NCBI GenBank assembly: GCA_000091205.1
Contig: AP006499.2
Source of the DNA: Cyanidioschyzon merolae
Taxonomy: Eukaryota
Reading direction: 5' to 3' (one strand)
Length of the DNA stretch: 64,000 nucleotides
In this document: piece after piece, positions 54,713 to 64,000 of the stretch
Position numbering within the stretch: the stretch's first letter is position 1
How the letters are laid out: every line of letters begins with the position of its first letter
The notes under the pieces: model-generated
What the model saw: only the letters and a program-made list of their open reading frames with translations
What the model was told of the DNA's origin: nothing
Database searches by the model: none
Position numbers and translations under genes: made by a program

Positions 54713-55378
54713 TTAGGGCCAGGAAAGACAATGTTGCAAGCCTTTCAGCCTCAGGTTTCGAAGCTGTACGCACAAACATTCGTCATGATGCCGCATACGT
54801 ACGCGACAGGGCCCTGTACAATGAACAAAATCTGAAGCTCGCGATCCCTTGGTGTCTATTACGGGAAAACATTCATACCAATCGCTGTGCATTGGGCGCA
54901 ACACTGCGGAACGCTCCCGCGGCTCCAAGCGTCCTCGTAAAGTCAGACGAAAACTCGGTATTCCCCGACGGAGCTGTTCAATGCAGGCGTGACTGCTTTT
55001 AGCATTTCAGCTCCAAAGTGCGTCTACAGCGGAGATACTTTCGCGCTATCCACGCGTACGGTCGCGGGCACCCTCAATTTTTCAACTCTGAGTGCTGTAG
55101 AACGAGGCAAAGCTCCGGCTTCTGCTTCACGAAAAATACCAACCCCTTCGAAAATGCTCCAAACCTGCGCACCAGTTTGGGTACTGAAGGTTCCCTGTTT
55201 GAGATAACTGCGAAAAGAGGCTCCGATTCACCTCGGAGCGGCTCCTGATCAGAAAAGCTTTCCAGATTTACAGCGCGTTCAGACTCGGCCGCAATCGAAG
55301 GCATGCTGCCGTGCAATCTTCGCTGCGTATCTGGCAACCGCTAACCTGCGCTCCAACAATAAAAGCACTCGCATGCGT

Positions 55379-57724
55379 TTACGCTTCGTAGCTGCGATGG
55401 AGGAGCAGTTCCCCTGTGTCGCCGACTTCGGGTGGGAGCACTTTTCCTGGGTTCATGATCCCCGCCGGATCGATTGTCGCTTTAATCCGTCGCATCAAGT
55501 CGACGGCCTCGAGTCCCAGCTCAGGCACGAGGTACTGCCGCTTCCCCTCACCGATACCGTGTTCCCCGGTACAGGTACCGCCAGCAGCGATTGCCCGCTG
55601 GACGAGACGATCGTTGACTTGCTGAGCGCGTTCCAGTTCGACAGGGTCTTTGGGGTCCACCAACATCAGTAGGTGGAAGTTCCCGTCAGCGGCATGAGCA
55701 ACTAGCGGGGCGACCAGCGGCACTAGCGATCCGTGTCGCTCCGTATACGCACGGTTGGTCTGCTCGATATCCTGTTGGGTTTCGCGAAGTACGTCGGCCA
55801 GTTTTGAGAGCGGCACTGCCACATCTGTTGTCCATATTTCCGCACCAGGTCGCAGTTCGTAAGCGGACCAGTAGGCGACTTTGCGCGAGCGCCAGAGGCG
55901 CTCGCGCTCTTCCAACAGCCGACGCTCTGCGGCATCCATGTCATCGGCAGTGAGTTGTTTTCCGGGCTGCTGCGCTGGCCATGCTCCTGGTGCAGGGTCA
56001 AAAGTGGCGATGTCTTCGACGCTGGCGGCACGGCTGGCTGCGATTTCCTGACGGTCGTCGGGCGATTCCGGGACGAGCCACGTCGGAGCTTGTGTTTGAC
56101 CACCAACCTCGCTGGTGCTTCGATTCCGGGGCACCGCGTCCGCGACTCTCCCGCGCTGCTCGGGCATCTGAACGGATGCTGTTGCGAAGGCATCGGCAGC
56201 CACGTGATTCGCTGTCGCTGGAGGCGGGACCTCGGGATGCTCGGCGGAGCCAGGATGCGTCTCAACCCGAGCGTCCCCTGCACCGTCCAGATTCGCTCTC
56301 AGTGCTGCATTCGTATGCAGGGCATCCACATGCGTCGTTTGTGGCTTGTCTGCTTCGGCAGGCCGCGAGAGCGACTCTAGGCAATGCGGGGCGGCTGCCA
56401 TGCGCCACTCGTGAACATGGTGTCGCTCGGCGCACATCTTCACTCGGTGTGCTTGCTCTCGAATGACCTGCATGGATTCTCCGACCAGTTCGAAGAGCAG
56501 CAGATGTCGTGATTCATCCAGCTCGAGTTCCTGATTCGTCGACAGGTTCACCGCTTGGACCGCTAGTCGATCCATGAGTTCGCAGCGACCAATCGAAACG
56601 GCCAGCGGTGGCCCGAGCACGTCCTGGACAGTAGCTGCAGCATCCTCGAGGCGCTCAAATGTACATTTTGCGACACCTCTATAGGCCGGTAGCGGGCGCA
56701 AGCGCAAGGTCGCCTTGGTAGCAATACCGAGCGTGCCCTCGGAGCCGACAAATAGGCGCGTGAGGTCGTACCCCGCGGAGCTCTTCCTGGCTCGCGAGCG
56801 CGTCTGTTGGACGATCTCGCCTGTTGGTAAGACAACCTCGAGACTCAGGACATTCTCACGCATGGTCCCGTAGCGAGCCGCATTTGTTCCGGAGCACGAG
56901 GTGCCAATCATGCCACCAATGCACGCGCCGGGTCCAGGGTCAGGGGCAAAAAACAAGCCATACGGACGAAGATGCTCGTTGAGCGCCTCCCAGGGCACCC
57001 CTGGTTCCACGTCGCAATCCATATCGGTAGGCCGCACTGCGAGAATGCGGTTCATCTGCGAGCAGTCGACGGTGATACCACCAAACCGAGGCACAATGTG
57101 GCCTTCGAGGGAGGTGGCGCCCGCATATGGGACCACAGGGATGCGAAACTCCGTTGCAGAGCGGAGCACCGCAGCTACCTCCTCGGCAGACCGCGGGTAG
57201 ATGACAACGTCCGGCAGGTGCGGTTCGTGAAAAGACACATCGCGAGCGTGGCTCTCCAAGTGACTCGAGTCGAGCGATATGTCGAGTTGCGGTTGCGCTT
57301 CTCGTATGCGGGCGACTGCCTTCTGCAGCCGCTCCGCATACGGGAGTTCGTGCTGCGGTTTCGCTGCACTCTGTGAGGCTTTGGGGGGCTGGTTTCCTGC
57401 GGGGTGCGGTGCCGGCCGTGTTATGAGCTTCTGAGCTCGCACGGGCTCGTTTGTGTAAAATGCATAGGTGACGAGTGCCGCGCTTCCGACGGTACTAGTT
57501 ACCAAGAGCGAGCGCTGTTTCCAAGCAACACGCACCAGTTTCCGCACTGTGCTTGCACAGGCTGAAAACATGTCTTTAAGCAAGCCTGCGCCTCTGAGTT
57601 TTATGCAGAACTTGTGGCTACCCGCACACAAGGCCGTCACTTGCTGAAGTGCAGGGCGGCTTGGGCTTCCCGGCCTCCACAGCGTGCTCCGCCTCCTGGA
57701 AGCGTTGTTTCGTGCAGCCGACAC
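55379..57724 (-). CDS. D-lactate dehydrogenase (cytochrome), an FAD-binding oxidase with an N-terminal presequence, a TM anchor and an internal insert of about 200 aa
   Basis: The FAD PCMH-type domain is VIYPRSAEEVAAVLRSATEFRIPVVPYAGATSLEGH ... GGMIGTSCSGTNAARYGTMRENVLSLEVVLPTGEIV ... GSEGTLGIATKATLRLRPLP. The C-terminal signature is TGEHGIGEGKRQYLVPELGLEAVDLMRRIKATIDPAGIMNPGKVLP. A hydrophobic segment LLVTSTVGSAALVTYAFY near the N-terminus fits a DLD1-type membrane anchor. A large low-complexity insert sits between the FAD-binding and cap domains. Confidence 0.85.
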   Translation of the reverse strand: MSAARNNASRRRSTLWRPGSPSRPALQQVTALCAGSHKFCIKLRGAGLLKDMFSACASTVRKLVRVAWKQRSLLVTSTVGSAALVTYAFYTNEPVRAQKLITRPAPHPAGNQPPKASQSAAKPQHELPYAERLQKAVARIREAQPQLDISLDSSHLESHARDVSFHEPHLPDVVIYPRSAEEVAAVLRSATEFRIPVVPYAGATSLEGHIVPRFGGITVDCSQMNRILAVRPTDMDCDVEPGVPWEALNEHLRPYGLFFAPDPGPGACIGGMIGTSCSGTNAARYGTMRENVLSLEVVLPTGEIVQQTRSRARKSSAGYDLTRLFVGSEGTLGIATKATLRLRPLPAYRGVAKCTFERLEDAAATVQDVLGPPLAVSIGRCELMDRLAVQAVNLSTNQELELDESRHLLLFELVGESMQVIREQAHRVKMCAERHHVHEWRMAAAPHCLESLSRPAEADKPQTTHVDALHTNAALRANLDGAGDARVETHPGSAEHPEVPPPATANHVAADAFATASVQMPEQRGRVADAVPRNRSTSEVGGQTQAPTWLVPESPDDRQEIAASRAASVEDIATFDPAPGAWPAQQPGKQLTADDMDAAERRLLEERERLWRSRKVAYWSAYELRPGAEIWTTDVAVPLSKLADVLRETQQDIEQTNRAYTERHGSLVPLVAPLVAHAADGNFHLLMLVDPKDPVELERAQQVNDRLVQRAIAAGGTCTGEHGIGEGKRQYLVPELGLEAVDLMRRIKATIDPAGIMNPGKVLPPEVGDTGELLLHRSYEA

Positions 57725-58689
57725 CTGTTGTACACTGGGGCGGCGGCGATACTTGTTCAGGTTTTACTGGAGATACGCACGGCGTTCTCGTCTTGGACGC
57801 AAGCTAGTTCGGAAGTTGAACGCTGAAACGTAGCTCCAGTAGGTCACTTAGAGATGCATCAAATCGTATCCACAGCTCATACGAAGGAACCAACCTTGTA
57901 CACGGTAGCTTTTCAGGCATGCTCGTACATTGACTGCAATAGTTCGCTGCACAGGTCACGCACAGCCAATTGACCGCTTCAGAGGGACTGTTTCTCATTT
58001 CGTAGAAGGACGACCGAATGCATCAGTCTTTTGTTTTTCAAAAGGCTTCTATGGCTGCATGGCTGCAATGGAACCAGCCTGAAGGATAAGCAGTAGAGTC
58101 CGGGGACAGCAACGACTTGCGACGCCGTACACCAACCAGTTTGCAGCGTCCGTGGCTTGCTCGGAGCCTCCAACGCTACAGCGGCTCTTTCGTGGTGCTG
58201 AGAAGGGCACTGCACGCAGTACTGCATGGTTCAGTTGAGGCTTTTGGCGTCGCTCGTGAGTCCTGGCTTGTTGCAACCGGCAAGTCACAACGCCGTTGCT
58301 TTTTTATCATCATGCACGCCAAAGCAGATGCTCAGAGTTCAACATCCAGTGCTGATCTTGGAAGCGAACATGTGCCATCAGCTTCCGAAAGTATTGTTCC
58401 GTCCATAGAATGAAGCGATGAACGTGTCTCGCCTCAAAAGTAGTTTCTTCCGAAGCGTTCTGCTGACGTATCTCAGGAGAGCTCCTTGAAATTTCGGACT
58501 CCGGTGAGTGGCGAAAACAGGTTGAACAAATACACGGCAGCTGGTAGCGGTTCTCTGCTTAGAGTTCTAGGGATTAGAGACCGCCAGAAGAACGTAGATA
58601 TGCCTGCCTTGCGTTGAACAATGCTATCATTCACATCCGGGACGCGATCTACATTTGTGTCAGATGGAAATACAGCGCGGAACGGCTCG

Positions 58690-59624
58690 CTCTGTTCCCG
58701 TATTTCGATGTTTTCCGGCCTGGTTTAAATGGATAGCTCGATATTCAGTGTGCGGCAATGAGGGTATATGAATGCATACCTCGTTTGAGGATGCTCGGTC
58801 GTCATGTCACCTTCGACGCTTTTCCGCTGGAATTCGATACGTGATCAGAGTCAAGATGATTCGCGACGCTGTCAAACAAGGCCTCGTATGGTAAACGATA
58901 CCACTATCGAATGCGTGCGCACAGGTATCCGCTCTTCTGCTTTCAGTACATGCGGCAAGCTCGATTCACGCGTTCTCTAGGTTTTGGAGTTTTCTGTTCC
59001 AAGGCAACCTGCAGTCGCAGCCAATGGCGCCTTTGAGTTGACGATGGAAATTCTCGACATCGCCCATGGACGACTTGTTCACAAGCTCATGCCGCACGTT
59101 CATTGAACTTGTCACTCCGAATAATGGCTGGCGTTCGAGAAACCAATTCGCCTTCCATTGAAGCCATCGATGAAATCTCATTGGACAACAGCTTGATACT
59201 TCTCATGGGATATGCTCCCAGGGGTTCCAGTCTATTTTAATAACATGGCAAAGAGTCTTGGGCTCGGACTCTAACCATCGCAGCGACCGCACCGGCGCTA
59301 CAGGCGCCATTTCTGTCGCTTTCGGCAGGCACTAGGCACACACGATAGGACATATGAAACGACCAGAATATCCGAGAAGAAGTATAGGTCATGTAACTTG
59401 GGAGTAGGGGGTTGATAGATACTTTACCCCGCACTGAAAAAAAAAGCCAAAAAGAAAAGAAAAATGCGCAGAGTCGGAGAACGCTGGCCTAAGGAAGCGT
59501 CTTGTCCATGAAAAAAAATCAACGATGCCAACGCGCGTGACACAGCGTTGCGTGCGCCGCCTTCTTCTCCGCAGCCGAGGCAGCTGATGCACGCATGCAC
59601 GGACGCACGCACGCACGCACGCAT

Positions 59625-59655
<31 letters not shown>

Positions 59656-59700
59656 TGTTGGCTCTGATGCGTGCGTGCGACGGTGCATGTACATGCGTGC
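58690..59700 (+). repeat. Diverged copy of the ORF-bearing dispersed repeat family (blocks B, C, A, D and internal (GCAC)n microsatellite)
   Basis: Block B is gatattcagtgtgcggcaatg at 58739-58760 (LDIQCAAM ... LRMLGRH). Block C is gtcaagatgattcgcgacgctgtcaaacaaggcctcgtatggtaa at about 58851-58895 (VKMIRDAVKQGLVW*). Block A is gacgacttgttcacaagctcatgccgcacgttcattgaacttgtcac at 59070-59117 (MDDLFTSSCRTFIELVTPNN). Block D is gggctcggactctaaccatcgcagcgaccgcaccgg at about 59260-59297. A (GCAC)n tract lies at 59588-59657. Confidence 0.7.
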
Positions 59701-60024
59701 GTGCGCGTCGACGGCGCTGTTCTTCCAGCACCTGCGCGGCAAAGGTCGTTTCAGGCTGTAACCTAGTTCGGGATCCTGTATCCTGTTCGGGTGGTGTCTT
59801 TTCAGGCAGGTGGCTTGGTTTCCGGGAGAGTGTCCGATAGCCGAGCCTTTGAGAACGTACGCAAGGGACGTTGGGTGGCGTTCTGCGGTGGTTACGGGCG
59901 ATCCGCGTGGAGGCCTCGCCTCACTTGCGGTGTTGGGCGTGCGTCTCGACACTAGAGCGCGCTGCGTTCAGCCTCTTGCGTCTGGTTATCTTAAAGAAAA
60001 CTGCTGCGAAACCAGATTCTGACC

Positions 60025-63000
60025 ATGGAAAAGTCGAGCTTACAACCTAGCTCCGAACGGCCGGTCGGAGGTGCGCATTGTGACGCGAAGAGACAGGTGG
60101 CAGGCAGCGCGGCGACGGGCACTGGCGCCGCTGGCGTTGGAGGCAGTGCGGCACTGGGTACTCCCTCGTCCCAGAGCGGTGTGGGCGCGCGAACCTCGGG
60201 GTACGCAGCTATCGTTAGCAGAGGATCAGCTACTGGGGGTGGCGGGGCGGTTGCTTCGCATCCAAGTGGTACGACGCCAGTAGACTCGGGAGCGCCTGGC
60301 GGAAACGGGGCCGCCGTTCAGCACAAAATTTCCATAGAACCTGAAGGACCTACGGCAGCGACAGCCGTGGGGCGCTCCACCGCTGGCGTTCCTGCTGGAG
60401 GTGGAGGTGCGGCGCAAACCTTTGCCCCTGTGGACGGACGAATGCCAGTCAACCCCGGTACGATGTCGCCGTGGAGCAGCAACATAGCGCTGGCCACGAA
60501 TTCTACGAATTGGGGTGGAGCAATCCCAGCTGCTGTTGCCGGTGCCGATGCGACTTCGGGTCGTGGAGGCAATGCTGCAGCCTATGGCGGCGGCATGGTG
60601 CGGGCGCCGCCACCGAGTACTGTGGGCAGCATTGCTCGTCCGGGGCCAGCTGCGCATCACGGCCGCTCACCGTACGCGGGAGCATCGAGCAGGCCGTCAG
60701 CCAGTACGCGCGGCGCGCCCGCTGCAGCGTTCGCAAGAGACGGAACCAGTAGTGCTTACGGACCGAATGTCGTATACGGAGGTGGCAGCGGTAGCGGCGG
60801 AATTTCTCACATGGGAGCGATGGGCATGACGAGCTTCAGCGGCGCGACAGCGTACATGAATCCGAATGAAATGGCTGCCTATATGCCCGATATGCAACAG
60901 GCTGCCGGCTTTAATATGTACGTTCCGCCCCAGTACTATGGGGGCCTGCGTAATCCCATGATAGGCGGCACAGAATACATCCCTTATGGCATGCCGTTTA
61001 ACCCGGCAGCGAATGCAGCTGCATTTTACAGGCAGCAATATCAACAGCAGGCCAGGGCGCCCATGAATACCGGTGTTGCGACGAGTAGTGACCGTAGTGT
61101 TTCGCCCCTGGCAGGCAACTCGTCGAATACAAATGGTGAAATCGATGTGCAGACCGCTACCGTAGCAGCTCCGCCCTCCGGATCGGTTCGCTCCAATGCA
61201 CACGCATCAAGCGTGGCTACGCGCGCTGCAGGCTCGACGACTTCGTCGCCCTCTAGCAGTGGCGAGGTAGCACCAGACGCCATGGGTATACTGCCAAATC
61301 TGGGTATTACTGGAGAAGGAACTGTATTAATGCGGGCTGGTGGTGAGCGAAATGTCACCGGGTTTCAAGGCTTTGCGAGCAGCGCGGCTCCGATGAACCG
61401 TGAAGTAGATCGCCCACTAGTGCCTCCGATCCCGCCAAGGCGAGAGAAAAAGATACTCAAAATTGTTGATCCGGAGACAGGCAAGGAGATCAACTTGGGC
61501 TCTGTCCAAGAGGAGCTGGCGACCGCTACGGGGCACGGGCAGCCTGCGAAGGCCCCAGATGCCAAAGCTCCAGCAGCTGAAACGTCTGAGGAAGAGCGCG
61601 CTCCACAGGTCCCAGCAAACTCAGCAGCTGAGGAGACTCGAGGCCCCGAGGTGAGCCAGATCGAAGTGGAAGACGGGCTCGCCCGTGGACCAGACGCTGC
61701 GAGCTCAGGAATACGGAAACAACCCGTTGAGCACGGCCTTCCAGCGACGCCGTTGCCTGAAAGTGAGTCGCTTGATCGCCCGAATGAAAAGGAATCTCTG
61801 GGGGCAACGCGACCGGAGCTTGAGGAATTCAGGTCCGCTGCGGTGCGCGCTCAATTCGATTCGGCAAATTTCGCAGTGCATTCAGAGACGCGCGATCGCT
61901 TCGATGTTCGCGTAGAGCATGATTCAGCATCCACTGCAGGTCTTTTGCAGCCCGAGAATACGAGTACGGGCATGGTGTCCGACGCTGGCGATGTCAAAAG
62001 CGTAGTAAGTGCTGAATCTGCGAAAGTCGATGTAAGCACTCAGAACGGCTACTTTGAGTCACCGTATCGCGAAGTATCGCCTGCGATAGCGGTGCAAGAT
62101 ACATTGGAGCCATCGTCGACTCGTGTTGCGGAGACAGAGCTTGTTGCCATGACCAAGGCGCTGGCAGATGTACGAATAGAGACGCAAGAGGATCGCACTG
62201 AGGCCAGTGAACAGCAAAAAGCGCCGAGCACCGCAGAGCCGTCGGCGATGGATACGGTGCACGCAGAGGCGCGCACTGCGGCAACAGCGCAGCGCGACAA
62301 GCCATCGGAACCCACTGAAGAAGCCGACATGGACTCGTCGCCACTTGAGATGACACCACATGAATCCGATCGAGAAGACATCCTCTCAACTGTTGATACA
62401 GAGCCAGTTCCAGATGACGCATCTGAATCATCATCGCTTGTGGATGACGAGGAAACGACTCACCCGGGTGTGCTCGTGTTCGGACCCGGCGAACGTCGAA
62501 TGTACCCGCGAGAATGGCTACTTCGCATGCGGGATATATGTGTTGAGTGCCCGCCCGAGGTTCATCAGTGTGAGATTCGTGCTGGTGCGAGTTTCGAAAG
62601 CGTACAACAACGCCGATCTGGCGGTGGCGGTGGTGGTGGTGGTGGTGGCGGTCGCGCGCGTCACGGCACCGGCGGCACTGCATCGAGCCGTGGTGCGCCC
62701 GGTGCTGGCAAAGGCGACGGCATGGACTTGGCGAATGCGCGGGCGCGCGCTCCACCGGTTGCATCCACAGGTGGCGAATCAGACCGACGTGGTCATCGTG
62801 GCGGCGGTGGACGTGGTAATCGCCGCGGCGCCAACGCTGCCGTCATCGAGGAGGCGTTGGCGCTGCTGCCGCGAGCCGAGAATGCCTGGCGGCCCCGCAA
62901 GGTACCCGAATCGGAAGTGGAGCGCAAAGTGCGGACGGTTCGCTCCATTCTGAACAAACTGACATTGGAGAAGTTTGAACCTTTGTATCAACAACTCCTG

Positions 63001-64000
63001 AGTATCAACATCGACAGCCTTGAGGTTTTACGTGGAGTTGTGAAGGAAATTTTCGAAAAAGCGTTGCTAGAACCAAATTTCGGAGCCATGTATGCGGAGC
63101 TTTGCGCACGCCTAGCAGTCGACTTGGAGAAAGTAATCGAGGGGAACGAAGCGTTCATCGAAGACGGGAAGTTGCAGACCTTCAAACGGATTCTTTTGCG
63201 ATACTGTCAGCGCGAGTTTGAGGGCAACTCATCGCCGGTCATCCCGGAGGGTGCATCACCCGAGGAAGCGCAGGAGATCGCAACCAAAGCCAAACTACGC
63301 ATGTTGGGCAACATGGTGTTCATCGGGCATCTTTATCGGAACAAGCTTCTTTCCGATAAGGTTATTCATGCGTCGTGTTTCGCAACGCTGCTGAAATTGA
63401 GTAACCAGCCTCAACCGGACGAGGATGCCATCGAGTGCATGTGCAAGCTAATGACCACTGTGGGAGAGAAGCTCGACAACAGCAATCCCAAGTCGCGCGA
63501 GCTGATGCGCGAGTACTTTGCGAAATTCGTTGAAATGAGCCAGCGGCCGGACTTGCCAGCGCGATTCCGTTTCATGCTTCAGGACCTGATCGACTTGCGA
63601 AATAACCGATGGGTCCAGCGGCGATCAGATGGCGGGGCGCGCACCATTCGAGAAATTCACGAGCAGGTGCGTCGCGAACAGCTCCAACAGCAACAGTTGA
63701 AGCGCCGACCAAGCGGGTTGCTTTTGAGCGGCCCGTCGGGACGCCGCATACCCGGCAGCGCCGGCAACGGCCCTGGATCCACTTCGCTTGGCGGCGGTGG
63801 CGCTTCGGCGCATGCACAGACACCGAGTCCTCGCATGATGACGCCCGTCATGTCGAATGACGCGCGTCGGGAGCGCTCGAGCTCAGCGCTGCAGCCTGGT
63901 TGGGAACGCGTTCAACGAGCAGTTCCAGAGACAAAGGAAGCTGCTCGCGCGCTTGATCTGGGCACGGTGCGGCTGCGGCCTCATGGTGGTCGACGGTCGC
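60025..64000 (+). CDS. EIF4G: eIF4G-like translation initiation factor (partial; runs past the window end)
   Basis: There is an open frame from the ATG at 60025 (context accATGg) to the window end. It begins with a long Gly/Ala/Ser/Tyr-rich low-complexity N-terminus. REKKILKIVDPETGKEINLG resembles the eIF4G PABP-binding box. RRMYPREWLLRMRD fits the Y-x4-L-phi eIF4E-binding motif. The MIF4G domain start is ERKVRTVRSILNKLTLEKFEPLYQQLLSINIDSLEVLRGVVKEIFEKALLEPNFGAMYAELCARLA. A poly-Gly tract is encoded by (GGT/GGC)n at about 62625-62655. Confidence 0.8.
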   Translation, partial: MEKSSLQPSSERPVGGAHCDAKRQVAGSAATGTGAAGVGGSAALGTPSSQSGVGARTSGYAAIVSRGSATGGGGAVASHPSGTTPVDSGAPGGNGAAVQHKISIEPEGPTAATAVGRSTAGVPAGGGGAAQTFAPVDGRMPVNPGTMSPWSSNIALATNSTNWGGAIPAAVAGADATSGRGGNAAAYGGGMVRAPPPSTVGSIARPGPAAHHGRSPYAGASSRPSASTRGAPAAAFARDGTSSAYGPNVVYGGGSGSGGISHMGAMGMTSFSGATAYMNPNEMAAYMPDMQQAAGFNMYVPPQYYGGLRNPMIGGTEYIPYGMPFNPAANAAAFYRQQYQQQARAPMNTGVATSSDRSVSPLAGNSSNTNGEIDVQTATVAAPPSGSVRSNAHASSVATRAAGSTTSSPSSSGEVAPDAMGILPNLGITGEGTVLMRAGGERNVTGFQGFASSAAPMNREVDRPLVPPIPPRREKKILKIVDPETGKEINLGSVQEELATATGHGQPAKAPDAKAPAAETSEEERAPQVPANSAAEETRGPEVSQIEVEDGLARGPDAASSGIRKQPVEHGLPATPLPESESLDRPNEKESLGATRPELEEFRSAAVRAQFDSANFAVHSETRDRFDVRVEHDSASTAGLLQPENTSTGMVSDAGDVKSVVSAESAKVDVSTQNGYFESPYREVSPAIAVQDTLEPSSTRVAETELVAMTKALADVRIETQEDRTEASEQQKAPSTAEPSAMDTVHAEARTAATAQRDKPSEPTEEADMDSSPLEMTPHESDREDILSTVDTEPVPDDASESSSLVDDEETTHPGVLVFGPGERRMYPREWLLRMRDICVECPPEVHQCEIRAGASFESVQQRRSGGGGGGGGGGGRARHGTGGTASSRGAPGAGKGDGMDLANARARAPPVASTGGESDRRGHRGGGGRGNRRGANAAVIEEALALLPRAENAWRPRKVPESEVERKVRTVRSILNKLTLEKFEPLYQQLLSINIDSLEVLRGVVKEIFEKALLEPNFGAMYAELCARLAVDLEKVIEGNEAFIEDGKLQTFKRILLRYCQREFEGNSSPVIPEGASPEEAQEIATKAKLRMLGNMVFIGHLYRNKLLSDKVIHASCFATLLKLSNQPQPDEDAIECMCKLMTTVGEKLDNSNPKSRELMREYFAKFVEMSQRPDLPARFRFMLQDLIDLRNNRWVQRRSDGGARTIREIHEQVRREQLQQQQLKRRPSGLLLSGPSGRRIPGSAGNGPGSTSLGGGGASAHAQTPSPRMMTPVMSNDARRERSSSALQPGWERVQRAVPETKEAARALDLGTVRLRPHGGRRS

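Overview
This 64 kb window is nuclear DNA from a GC-rich (about 58% overall, about 45% in intergenic stretches), intron-poor eukaryote. The long genes are single uninterrupted ORFs with no Shine-Dalgarno or operon logic. Many proteins carry eukaryote-style low-complexity inserts encoded by trinucleotide repeats. A Tic110-like protein, and transit-peptide-like N-termini on PNPase and 2-isopropylmalate synthase, point to an organism with a primary plastid. The gene density, of roughly one gene per 3.5 kb, also fits an intron-poor unicellular alga such as a cyanidialean red alga. This is an inference from memory of protein families, not a search result. Sixteen protein-coding genes alternate between strands: PNPase, a plant-type eIF4B-like factor, a HAT/TPR repeat protein, a Rad9-like protein, an ApaG-domain protein, a DHX37/Dhr1 DEAH helicase, cytochrome b5, two hypothetical proteins, cytosolic LeuRS, 2-isopropylmalate synthase, a DEAD-box helicase, Tic110, LSG1 GTPase, D-lactate dehydrogenase and an eIF4G-like factor that runs off the 3' end of the window. 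I found no rRNA, tRNA or CRISPR array. The most unusual feature is a dispersed repeat family that carries ORFs. Its full length is about 1.4 kb, the pattern of nucleotide changes between copies suggests it is protein-coding, and it contains an internal microsatellite. I count six copies in the window. Two of them are about 99% identical and lie in direct orientation on either side of a 10.7 kb segment that holds LeuRS, isopropylmalate synthase and a DEAD-box helicase. There are also four separate minisatellite arrays (89, 70, 74 and 98 bp units) and many microsatellites, including ones that encode homopolymer tracts inside conserved genes.
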